In this document: in pieces, positions 1 to 9,646 of the stretch | Layout of the letters: every line of letters starts with the position of its first letter | Position numbering within the stretch: the first letter of the stretch is position 1 | From: an uncultured Nitrospiraceae bacterium | GTDB lineage: Bacteria; Nitrospirota; Thermodesulfovibrionia; Thermodesulfovibrionales; Dissulfurispiraceae | Length of the DNA stretch: 38,443 bases | NCBI GenBank assembly: GCA_947085205.1 | Contig: CAMTVO010000016.1 | Span: forward strand, 1-38,443 | Direction of reading: 5' to 3' | Translations under genes and position numbers: made by a program | The notes under the pieces: model-generated | What the model was told of the DNA's origin: nothing | The model's database searches: none | Seen by the model: only the letters and a program-made list of their open reading frames with translations

Positions 1-100
1 AGCAGTAGAGCAACAGAGCAACAGACCGGCAGTTACATTATGGAATAAAATTTTCTTTAAAAAGCTGCTGCGCTACTGTTCTGCTGTTCTACTGCTCTGC
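1..100. repeat. Degenerate 8-mer tandem repeats in inverted arrangement (AGCARYAG / CTRCTGYK)
   Basis: agcagtag-agcaacag-agcaacag at 1-24 and the complementary ctactgtt-ctgctgtt-ctactgct at 73-96. Confidence 0.6.
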
Positions 101-1309
101 TGGTCTATCGCTCCGCCTTCTTCATACGCAGCGGATGTTTCTATTCACGGCTTCTTTCAGGGCAATTATTCTTTCAGCAGCCGCTCATCCAATCCGGACG
201 GCGGCGATTTAAAATGGGCAGAGGAAAGGTTTCAATTGAAACTTGATGCCACAAAAGAACCATTCAGATTATTCATAAAGACAGATGCCATCTATGATCA
301 TATCGATGAAGAGCCTGAATTAGAATTAAGGGAAGGTTATATAGATTGCACAGCTAAAAAATGGGATTTAAGGTTAGGCAGACAGGTGATCACATGGGGT
401 CTTGGGGATTTAATCTTCATAAACGACATTTCCCCAAAGGATTATGAGGCATTTTTTTCCGGAAGGCCGATGGAGTATTTGAAGAAGGGAATTGACGGAG
501 TAAAACTCGGGGCATATCCTGCCTTTGCCTCGTTTGAGTTTATTGCGATACCTATATTTGAGCCTAACAATTATCCTAATACAAAAAGATTTTACATGTT
601 TGACCCTATGCCGAATGTTACAAACAGGGAGGAAAAAGACCCCGCATCAAATTTCAAAAACACCGAACTCGCCTTGAGAATTTACAGGGACATAGCAGGC
701 TTTGATGCATCCGTATATTTCTACCGCGGCTTTTTCCGCAAGCCGTATTTAATACCTGATGACCTCAATAACACGACAAAGATTACCCTCCATTACCCAA
801 AACTCTCTGTTTATGGTGCAAGCCTTCAGGGAAGGGCATTGGATGGAGTCTTGAGCCTTGAGGCAGGCTATTATGATTCAAGGCAGGACAGGTCTGGAAA
901 AGATTACACAATACCAAATTCCCAGACAAAATTTCTTATTGGTTATCAAAGGCAACTGTGGGAAGACTTTACAATCGGGTTGCAATACTACAATGAATAC
1001 ATGCACGACTATTCAGAATATGTAAAGAATCAGCCGTCTGGGCTGCCAAAAGACAGAAAGCTGTATCAACTTGCAACCGTAAGATTGACGCAACTGCTCA
1101 TGCACCAGGCATTAAAGCTTTCCTTCTTTTCCTTCTACAGCACATCAGACGGAGACTATATGTTAAATCCAGAGGTTAAATACAAATTCACCGATAGTGT
1201 ATGGGGCGCGGTTGGAGCAAACATCTTCGGCGGCGGTGAAAAATGGAGCCAATTTGGACAACTGGATAAAAACGACAACGTTTATTTACAATTAAGGTAT
1301 GAGTTTTAG
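2..1309 (+). CDS. Outer-membrane beta-barrel protein (DUF1302-like); 5' end lies before the window
   Basis: The frame of ORF 236..1309 is open back to base 2 and contains a signal peptide (LLRYCSAVLLLCWSIAPPSSYA-AD). Motifs LREGYID, LGRQVITWG and a C-terminal YxF typical of beta-barrels. Confidence 0.8.
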   Translation, partial: AVEQQSNRPAVTLWNKIFFKKLLRYCSAVLLLCWSIAPPSSYAADVSIHGFFQGNYSFSSRSSNPDGGDLKWAEERFQLKLDATKEPFRLFIKTDAIYDHIDEEPELELREGYIDCTAKKWDLRLGRQVITWGLGDLIFINDISPKDYEAFFSGRPMEYLKKGIDGVKLGAYPAFASFEFIAIPIFEPNNYPNTKRFYMFDPMPNVTNREEKDPASNFKNTELALRIYRDIAGFDASVYFYRGFFRKPYLIPDDLNNTTKITLHYPKLSVYGASLQGRALDGVLSLEAGYYDSRQDRSGKDYTIPNSQTKFLIGYQRQLWEDFTIGLQYYNEYMHDYSEYVKNQPSGLPKDRKLYQLATVRLTQLLMHQALKLSFFSFYSTSDGDYMLNPEVKYKFTDSVWGAVGANIFGGGEKWSQFGQLDKNDNVYLQLRYEF

Positions 1310-2198
1310 ACGTGTTCTCATTTCTTTTCTGGTAGTCTTTGTTTCAATCCTTACTGTAAAACCAGCTGCATGTGACGAAAAAGTTAAGGAATCTAAAAAA
1401 GAAGTTGTCTATTTCAGCGCAATAACGCTTTATCATCCTATCGTAATGTACCAGAGATACCAGCCCCTTATGGACTATCTTACAAAAAATAATACACCAT
1501 ACAGGTTTGAATTAAAGTTAAGCCAAGATTATAGGGATATAATAAATTTTCTTAAAAACAATAGAGTTCAGGTTGCATTGCTTGGCGGTGTCACATATAC
1601 GATAGCAAAGAAGGAATTCGGTGTGATCCCTATCTTGAGGCCTATTGGTGAGGATGGCAGGCCTTTTTACAGAGGTGTGTTTGTCACAAGAGAGACGAAC
1701 AAGGAGATAAACACGCTGTCGGACCTTAAAGGTAAATCTGTTGCCTTTGCCTCAAAACTATCAACAGCGGGGAATCTCGCCCCCCTCTATCACCTTTATT
1801 TGAAAGGCAACTTAAGGCTTGAGGATTTTTCAGAGTATGTGAACTTGAAATATCACGATTCTGTTGCGAGAGAAGTTTTGAGGGGGAATTTTGATGCAGG
1901 AGCTGTTATAGATTCTGTTGCAAACAAGTTTAAAAATAGAGGGCTGAAGGTAATAGCTGTTTCTGACCCCATACCGGGGCTTCCGATAGTGGTGCGTGCA
2001 GACGTATCGCCCGAGATTGTAAATGCCATAAAAAAAGCGCTCCTCGCCTTAGACTACAATAATCCTGAACACCGGAAGATAATGGAACAATGGGATGAAG
2101 AATTTAGATATGGTTTTGCCGAGGCAAAGGATTCTGATTATGATTCCATTCGCAAAATGATTGATTATCTGGGCAAAAAGGGCGTGAAAATACCGTGA
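1299..2198 (+). CDS. PhnD/SsuA-like periplasmic oxyanion-binding protein, likely the accessory sensor of the two-component system
   Basis: Signal peptide; YQPLMDYL, DLKGKSVAF-S-STAG, YHDSV and DAGAV motifs; directly upstream of the kinase. Confidence 0.85.
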   Translation: MSFRRVLISFLVVFVSILTVKPAACDEKVKESKKEVVYFSAITLYHPIVMYQRYQPLMDYLTKNNTPYRFELKLSQDYRDIINFLKNNRVQVALLGGVTYTIAKKEFGVIPILRPIGEDGRPFYRGVFVTRETNKEINTLSDLKGKSVAFASKLSTAGNLAPLYHLYLKGNLRLEDFSEYVNLKYHDSVAREVLRGNFDAGAVIDSVANKFKNRGLKVIAVSDPIPGLPIVVRADVSPEIVNAIKKALLALDYNNPEHRKIMEQWDEEFRYGFAEAKDSDYDSIRKMIDYLGKKGVKIP

Positions 2199-2214
2199 TG
2201 TTCTTAAGGGACTT

Positions 2215-3696
2215 ATGATTAAGAGGCTCAAGAAATGGGTATTTAGTCTTCAGGGGAAGTTTATAATAGTTGCATCCCTCTGCATTTTAGTATTCACTAC
2301 CATTGGAAGTTTCATTATTATTTCACGGGAAGAAAACCTTTACAGAAAGGACATAATTAATCAGGGCAAGGTGCTTTCTGAAATAAGCAGAGTGATGCTC
2401 ACAAATGTCATGGTTTATAACGAATTAGGCATGATGAGCAATCAGGACTTGATTGACTATCTTGACTACTTTATTGTGAATCTCATGGAGCGCGATAAGA
2501 GAATCAGATATGCTGCAATTATTGACAACAGCGGGATGGTTATTGCACAGAGCGACCTCGGAGAATATGGGCAGAAGTGTAAAGATGAGCCGACCTTGAG
2601 GGCTATTGCTACACTCAAGACAAACATTACAGACGGCGATTTTTATGGCCAGCCTATTATAAATATTGCAACGCCGTTAAATATCAGCACGAAGAACTGG
2701 GGAGCGCTCCGCATCGGACTTTCAACAAAAGAGGTTAATCTGTCCATCGCTTCTCTTAAGAGAGAAATTGCCGCCCTCGTTGTCATATTTTCTGCCATGT
2801 CACTCATCATAATAAGCATTGGCGCACGCATTCTTTCAAGACCTGTAACAAGGCTTTCAAAAATCATGGACAATATCAAAACACACGGAGATATTGAGCC
2901 GCAAAATGTAGAACTAAGAGACAGAAGGGATGAAATCGGCGATCTCCAAAAGAGCTTTCTATGGATTCTCCAGAGGTTGAGAACGGCAGACAGGGAACAT
3001 AAAAATACCGTAGAGCTTCTTGCCCGGACAGAAAAGATGGTTTCAATTGGACGACTTGCATCAGGCGTTGCCCATGAAGTAAACAATCCATTAAGCGGCA
3101 TAACCCTCTGCTTTAAAAATCTCATGGAAGGCAATAAGGATAATCTAATGAGAGAAAAGCTGATACTTGCAATCAATGACGGACTTCAGAAGATTAAAAA
3201 TATCGTTGAGCAGCTTCTTGATTTCTCAAGGATGACCGTTACAGAAAAGACACCCGTTAATATCAATAACCTTATAAACAAGCTGCTCGTTCTGATTAAT
3301 TATCCTGCCTCAAAAAAGAACATAAAGATTGTTAGTGAGCTTTTTGAAGACATTCCAGAAATATCCATTGATGAAAACAAGATGTCGCAAGTGTTCATGA
3401 ATATAATGATAAATGCCATTCAGGCAATGGATGGAGGCGGCGCGCTTACAATCAGGACAGTAGTGGAAAATGGATTTTATGTGGTTTCCATCGAGGATAC
3501 AGGGGTCGGCATTTCGCCTGATATAATGCCCAGCATATTTGACCCTTTCTTTACGACAAAGGGAGTTGGAGAGGGGACAGGCCTGGGGCTCTCTGTGAGC
3601 AAGGGAATAGTGGAACAGCATGGCGGTATAATTGAGATTGAAAGTGAGGTTGGCAGGGGAACGACCTTCAGGGTTAAGATGCCATTTACGTTATGA
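2215..3696 (+). CDS. Membrane sensor histidine kinase (HAMP, HisKA, HATPase)
   Basis: Two TM helices; H-box GVAHEVNNPL; N-box NAIQA; DTGVG, FDPFFTTK and GTGLGL. Confidence 0.95.
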   Translation: MIKRLKKWVFSLQGKFIIVASLCILVFTTIGSFIIISREENLYRKDIINQGKVLSEISRVMLTNVMVYNELGMMSNQDLIDYLDYFIVNLMERDKRIRYAAIIDNSGMVIAQSDLGEYGQKCKDEPTLRAIATLKTNITDGDFYGQPIINIATPLNISTKNWGALRIGLSTKEVNLSIASLKREIAALVVIFSAMSLIIISIGARILSRPVTRLSKIMDNIKTHGDIEPQNVELRDRRDEIGDLQKSFLWILQRLRTADREHKNTVELLARTEKMVSIGRLASGVAHEVNNPLSGITLCFKNLMEGNKDNLMREKLILAINDGLQKIKNIVEQLLDFSRMTVTEKTPVNINNLINKLLVLINYPASKKNIKIVSELFEDIPEISIDENKMSQVFMNIMINAIQAMDGGGALTIRTVVENGFYVVSIEDTGVGISPDIMPSIFDPFFTTKGVGEGTGLGLSVSKGIVEQHGGIIEIESEVGRGTTFRVKMPFTL

Positions 3697-5072
3697 AGAT
3701 ACTCGTAATAGAAGACGAACTTTCTGTAAGACTCGGGATTGCCTGTACCCTGGAAGGTGCTGGATATAAGGTTAAGACTGCTGAAAACGGGATTGACGGC
3801 ATCAGCCTTTTTGAGAAAGAGAATTTTGATATTGTTATCACAGACCTGAAACTCCCCGGCGCTGACGGCATAGAGGTTTTAAAGGCAGTAAAAAATATCT
3901 CTCCTGATACAGGCGTAATCATTATCACTGCCTTTGCAGAAATTAAAACCGCTGTTGAGGCAATGAGGCAAGGCGCTTATGATTATCTCTCAAAACCTTT
4001 TGATCCCGCTGAGTTGCTTATCGTCATAGAGAGGTTCACAAAGCAGAGGGGACTTGAGCTTGAGAATATACGATTAAAAGAAAAGATAAGGGACAAAAAA
4101 CAGTTTGAGCAGCTTATCGGCGCAAGCCCTTCAATGCAGGCAATATTTCAAATGATTGAGGCAGTTGCAAAAACAGATTCATCAGTGATTATTTATGGAG
4201 AAAGCGGGACAGGAAAGGAGTTGGTTGCAAACGCCATCCATAATCTTTCACCGAGAAAAGAAAAAACCTTTATCAAGATAAACTGTGCCGCTATACCAGA
4301 GACCCTCCTTGAGACAGAATTATTCGGACATGAAAAGGGGGCATTTACAGGCGCTGTTCAGAGAAGAAAGGGCAAGTTTGAGATTGCAGACGGAGGAACA
4401 ATATTTTTTGATGAAGTAGGAGATATGGCCCTGCCGCTTCAGGCAAAGCTTTTGAGGGTTCTCGAAAATCATACATTTGAAAGGGTGGGCGGGAATGAAG
4501 CAATCACTGCAAATGTGAGAACCATTTATGCAACAAGAAAGAATCTGAAAGAGGAAGTAAAAGCAGATAGATTCAGGGAAGACCTTTACTACAGGATCAA
4601 TGTCTTACCTGTTACAATTCCACCTTTGAGAGATAGAAAAGAAGACATCCCCCTGCTTATTGAGCATTTCTTAAAATTTTTTAGCAATAAGACGGGAAAG
4701 AAGGATATGGCTATTACGCCTCTGGCAATAGAGAGGCTAATGAATTATGATTACCCTGGCAATGTAAGGGAGATTGAACATGCCATAGAAACGGCTGTAA
4801 TCCTGTGCAGAGGCAATGAGATAGACACCTGCTGCCTCCCTGCTGAGATAAGGGGCAATGAGATAAAAGAGGAGATAATGTCCATCCCTTGCGGCAGCCT
4901 TACCCTTGAAGAACGGTTAAAGGTATTCGAAAGGGACGCTGTTATGCAGACTCTGACTGCCACTGGCGGCAAAAAGAAAGAGGCTGCAGAAAAGTTAGGC
5001 ATCAGCAGGGAGACACTCTGGAGAAAGCTAAAGGAATATGGTTTTCCTGTAACCTCTGAATCAGAGGATTAA
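3693..5072 (+). CDS. Sigma54-dependent response regulator (NtrC family)
   Basis: Receiver domain (IEDE, TDLKLP), Walker A GESGTGKE, GAFTGA and a C-terminal Fis-type HTH; ATGA overlap with the kinase. Confidence 0.95.
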   Translation: MKILVIEDELSVRLGIACTLEGAGYKVKTAENGIDGISLFEKENFDIVITDLKLPGADGIEVLKAVKNISPDTGVIIITAFAEIKTAVEAMRQGAYDYLSKPFDPAELLIVIERFTKQRGLELENIRLKEKIRDKKQFEQLIGASPSMQAIFQMIEAVAKTDSSVIIYGESGTGKELVANAIHNLSPRKEKTFIKINCAAIPETLLETELFGHEKGAFTGAVQRRKGKFEIADGGTIFFDEVGDMALPLQAKLLRVLENHTFERVGGNEAITANVRTIYATRKNLKEEVKADRFREDLYYRINVLPVTIPPLRDRKEDIPLLIEHFLKFFSNKTGKKDMAITPLAIERLMNYDYPGNVREIEHAIETAVILCRGNEIDTCCLPAEIRGNEIKEEIMSIPCGSLTLEERLKVFERDAVMQTLTATGGKKKEAAEKLGISRETLWRKLKEYGFPVTSESED

Positions 5073-5091
5073 TCTCCCAATATCTTATTCT

Positions 5092-5140
5092 GTTAGCTTT
5101 TTGCAACTCCACTAAAGCTTTCAGGTTGCACATCTGCAAC
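5092..5140. promoter_or_regulatory. Paired upstream activator sites GTTGCA-N4-TGCAAC
   Basis: Perfect palindrome at 5125-5140 and an imperfect copy GTTAGC-N4-TGCAAC at 5092-5107; 33 bp apart and upstream of the sigma54 promoter. Confidence 0.65.
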
Positions 5141-5193
5141 TTAAAGCACACCTGAATTAGAAGTGTCCATTGATTTTTAAAGATTTTTCAGCT

Positions 5194-5209
5194 TGGCACT
5201 GCTTTTGCT
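5194..5209 (+). promoter_or_regulatory. Sigma54 (-24/-12) promoter
   Basis: TGGCAC-TGCTT-TTGCT matches TGGCAC-N5-TTGC and sits next to a sigma54 activator gene. Confidence 0.9.
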
Positions 5210-5323
5210 TTATGTTTGATAAGTTATTTCTGTAGGCAAAGGGGGTGATCAAGGTTTTGAGTCAAGGGTTTTTGTTTAAAGGTAGTTTTTTTAAAATCTT
5301 CAAAAAGGAGGAGTACGAAGCTT

Positions 5324-8300
5324 ATGGAGAAATTTTTTAATCCAAATATCAGCAGAAGGGCATTTTTGCAGTGGTCAACTGCCATAACGGCAACGCTTAC
5401 GATACCGGGACTTGCATCTGCATCTCCAAAGAGCATTGCTACTGCACTGGAGGAAAGATGGGTGCCTTCAATATGCACCCAATGTAACGGAAGATGTGCA
5501 TTGGCTGTGAGAATTGTCGGCGGCATAGCAGTAAAAATTGAGGGATTGAATGGTCAGAGGCCAGGAATAGCAGGCAATGTTTTGCCGCGTGATCCAATAA
5601 CCAACGGCAAGCTATGCGCAAAGGGCGCCGCAGGGCTTGAGCAGCTTTACAATCCTGACAGGATTAAATATCCGATGGTAAGGGTAGGAGAAAGAGGCTC
5701 CGGCAAATGGAAACGCATAAGCTGGACAGAGGCATATAACAAGATAATTGCAGGGGATAATAATGAAGGGATTGGATGGAAGGGGCTGAGAGATCATCAC
5801 GGCAAGTGGAATACACTTGCAGGCATGTACACAAAGAATGGAGATGCAGACGGAGCTAACCCATCCGATGACCTCAAAAGGTTTCCTGAAACCATGATAA
5901 ACGCCTGGGGCAGACATCAGGCTGACTGGTATCAGGATAGATGGCTTAACTCTTATGGTCATTACCCTTACAGATATCAAAGGTGAGGACTCTGTTACAG
6001 CGGCTTCTTGCAAGCCGCAAGGGTAACTGTCAGTGGTGCTGGAGGCTTCCCGATAACGACTCCTGACGCTGATTATATGAGTAAAGGAGATGTGATTATC
6101 CTTTCAGGGGTGAATGCAATGGTGGCTTCCTATCCGGCAAATCCATTGGCACAGCGCCTCGTTGCTGCTCAGGAAAGGGGCGTAAAACTTGTTGCCGTTG
6201 ACCCTCGCATGTCAGAGACGGCAATAGTCTGCCGCGGAGACAAAGAAAACAATGTCCCGGGCTGGATTGGAATTAAACCCGGAAGCGGCGGCTTAACTGC
6301 ACTGGGAATGCTTAAAGCATTAGCAGAAGGGTCTGTTCCGGGCGTTACTTATGACGAGCTTTCACCGTCAAGAAAAGGCGGACCCGACAGAGGCTATGGA
6401 TTTAACCCTCAAGGATTTGGGAACGAAGAGGCAGCAGATACTCTTTTTGTATCCACCCTTTCAGGTGACCATAAAGCAGGCACAACAACTCTGACTGTAT
6501 CCATTACAGGGAAAGGTGCCTCAACAATAGATAAGGTAAAGAGACTTGTTGGCGCTCAGGCCGGTCTTAACTTTGGCGTTAAAGGCAAGCAGGAGATTGT
6601 GGATGCAATAGCAGTTAAGACAGAAGGCGATAAGGCTGTAATAACAATTGCACAGCCTGCGATGTATTCCCATTCAAGCGGCTCGGTCATCACAGAAGAC
6701 CTTAACCTGAAAGATTACGTGAGAGGGCTTGATTGGAGCCTTATATCCAAAGAAACAGGCACTTCCAGAGAGATTATTACTAACATGGCAAAGATGTTCT
6801 TTGGCGCTGCAAAGGCAGGCAAAAAGGCTGTCTGGGAGTCAAAGCGCGGGGATGCCATGCTCTCCAACGGCCTACAGGCAATAAGGTCTGGGTTATTGCT
6901 CAATGCCTTTGTCCCTGCCAACTTCGATAAAAGGACATTTGGTGTTGAAGGAGGCTGGGCACATTACCATTCAGGCTCACTAAAGGCCCGCCCAAGCATG
7001 GCGAGGCACAGCTTTGAAGGTGGTGATTATTACTACTTCAGACTCTGGTTATTGGAAGATGCGCCTGCAGGCACAAAGACGTTCAAGGTTGGCGCCGGGC
7101 AAGCTAAAAAAATGGCAAAGCTCTTAAAGAGACCTGCTGAATTTTATAGAAAGATTGCATTGAGGAGTTCACCGAGCATAGCAGAGCTTACAGCAGACCA
7201 GAAACTTCCGACCGATGCGCTGATTACCGGGGCAATACTTGCAAAGGCAGGAAGTGTTATTAAGGCAGGCTCTGATATCTTGAAGGACTCTGTTGTCAAG
7301 GATGCAGCCACATGTCCTGCGATTGGCGGAGAGTGGTCAGACGGCTTATTGAAGGCAAAGATGACACTCACTGCTGATGCAACATTAATGAAAGATGTTG
7401 TCCTTGCTGATGGAAGCCTTATTAAAGAAGGCTCTGTGCTTAAAACAGGCTCACATGTATGGGATGCAGGCAATAGGGAGATAATCGGCGGCGCATATAA
7501 ACATGGAGACGGCGGCACAGTAGAGAGCGCTGTGCCGGTTAGTGTTGATGTAAGCGCAGGGACAGTTACATTGGATTTTGAAGGAGGCAAAGGTTCCCGT
7601 TACTTCCATAAGGCAACTACAACAATTAAGTGGGAACTTCCATATCTCATGCACGGACTCCTTCATCACGCATACCCGGTGGCAGAAGAACAGCAGACCC
7701 ACCATGTAATTGCAAATATCGGCAAGGTATTTCCATATGGTGTTTTGATGCAAAAGTATTGCAACTGGGCGCTCTCTTTTCCCGACAACATTGATGTAGT
7801 TAAGGCGCTTAAAGACACAAAGCGAATTCCCTATCACATTGCCGAAGATGTATTTCTCGGGGATGTGAGCGCCTATGCTGATATTCTGCTTCCTGCAGAG
7901 ACATATCTTGAACGATGGGAATATGTCCCGGCATTCTGGATGAGCTATGTGAGAAAGACCAATCTCCGCCAACCTATACTGTTTGACATATCCCATGCGC
8001 GTGCAGGAAAGTTTGTCAACGGCGTGCTCTTTGAGGCAAAGGACTTACGGGATATGTATTATGACATAATCAACATGATAAACTGGGACGGAAGCTATAC
8101 CGGCCCTATACTGAGAGATGGAAAACCTGCAGGTGTAAATGATGGCTGGGCATTTGGGACAAGAACCTATAAATTTGATGACAAAGGCAACATCACGGGC
8201 TGGGATGATTTAGGCAAGGTAGGCCCGCCTGACAGCAATGGCGTAAGGTATGGCCCAAAGGAAAAAGGAGGCAACGGCACAGCAGACCCTTATGGAGCGC

Positions 8301-9631
8301 TTTTCTGGCATAAAAGCAGGTTAAGGGTAATGGGGGCAAGACCTGCTGATGCGCTTTCCGGAGATAGAGGTGCTGCCGACAGCACGCTTTTTCCGCTTGA
8401 TCCGGATATAGGACAAATTATGATGGAGGCAAGCAGGGTATCCTTTGCTGATGCTACAACTGATGAAAAGAGGCTTGAATACATGATGAGCAACGGGGTC
8501 ATTTATAAGACGGACACCGACAAGCTTGCATCAGACCTGACACTTGCGAGTGCTGTAACCACTACAGGAGGCATAGATGCCCTGGATAAATCCAAGCTTG
8601 CAGCAGGCACTATCCTAAAAGCAGGAACTCTCGTTCCCAATCCAGTTGACCAAAAGGCAATAGGAGGAGGTTATTCTGCTAATAGGTTGACCGGAGATAT
8701 TACAGTTCCATCGGATGTAACGATTGCAGGAAGTATTCTCATTGCGCCGGAAAGCATGCTCAAAGAAAAGACCATGCTCAAAGGCGGTTCTTCTGCATGG
8801 AGCGCAAAAGACCGTGCATCTCTGGGAGGTAGGTATGCTCCTGTGAACAAGTTCTCCCTCGGACCTGTGGGTCTGGATGGAAAAATGGGAAAATATAAAG
8901 AAAATCTTGATATTCCTGGCGTTCCCGGAAACAGGACAAAGTCAAAGGCAAATCTCAAGGTTCAGGCATTTGCAGTTACATTGGCAGGTGTTCCAAACCC
9001 TGGACAAAGGAAAATTGAAGATCTTTCAGCAGAGAGAGGCAATACCTGCTATCATGGTCTTCCTGAATGGGAACCTCTTGATGTATCACTTGCCCGACCA
9101 GAAGATGACCTTAGTCTCATTACATTTAAGGCGTCAGTTTATACAAAGACAAGATTGGCTTCCCAGCCGTCCCTTAAAGAGATTATGTGGGAGAATGAGA
9201 TTGTGATTAACCCTGATGATGCGAATAAACGAGGCATAAAGACAGGCGACAAGGTAGTCGTTGAGGCAAGGCAGAGGACGCCAGGCACAACAGAATATCG
9301 CATTGAAAAGGTTGAAGGCCCTGCCAGGGTGACAAAAGGCATCAGACCCGGTGTGGTTGGTATTTGCGGCATGTTCGGACATAAATACGCAGGTAAATTC
9401 AGTGTTGATGGTAAAGCTAACAGACTGGATTCAAAGGCTGCTGCTTGGCCTGTTCAGAAACTTCCTGATGATCTTGACCCCGGCTATAAAGGTGAATATG
9501 TATGGAGCAGATACGACGGACATCAGAACACAGGCATCAACACAAACAAGGTAATCTGGAGCCTTACCGAGCCCATAGGCGGCGGGGCACAGTATCATGG
9601 AACAAAAATTCGTGTCTATAAAAAGGCATAA
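5324..9631 (+). CDS. Tat-exported Mo/W-bisPGD oxidoreductase catalytic subunit (Psr/Phs/Arr/Ttr-like branch); probable selenoprotein of 1435 aa with Sec221
   Basis: RBS AGGAGG; Tat motif SRRAFLQ; CxxCxxxC...C Fe-S motif. ORFs 5324..5986 and 6008..9631 share one frame and are separated only by TGA 5984-5986 (YQR-U-GLCYSG). Also VDPRMSET, YADILLPAETYLERW and a C-terminal molybdopterin-binding domain. Confidence 0.85.
6000..6018 (+). promoter_or_regulatory. Candidate bacterial SECIS element
   Basis: GCGGCTT-CTTGC-AAGCCGC, a perfect 7-bp stem 13 nt after the in-frame TGA; possible lower stem ACTCT/AGGGT. Confidence 0.7.
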
Positions 9632-9646
9632 AGGAGGTGGTAAACA

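Noticed and set aside
2196..2198. Sec read-through at other TGA stops (2198, 11195, 20999)
   Set aside because: The proteins are complete at these stops and no suitably spaced hairpin follows.
6008..9631. Independent gene starting at TTG 6008
   Set aside because: No RBS, the codon sits in a hairpin loop, and the product would lack the Tat signal, Fe-S motif and Mo-ligand Cys encoded in frame just upstream.
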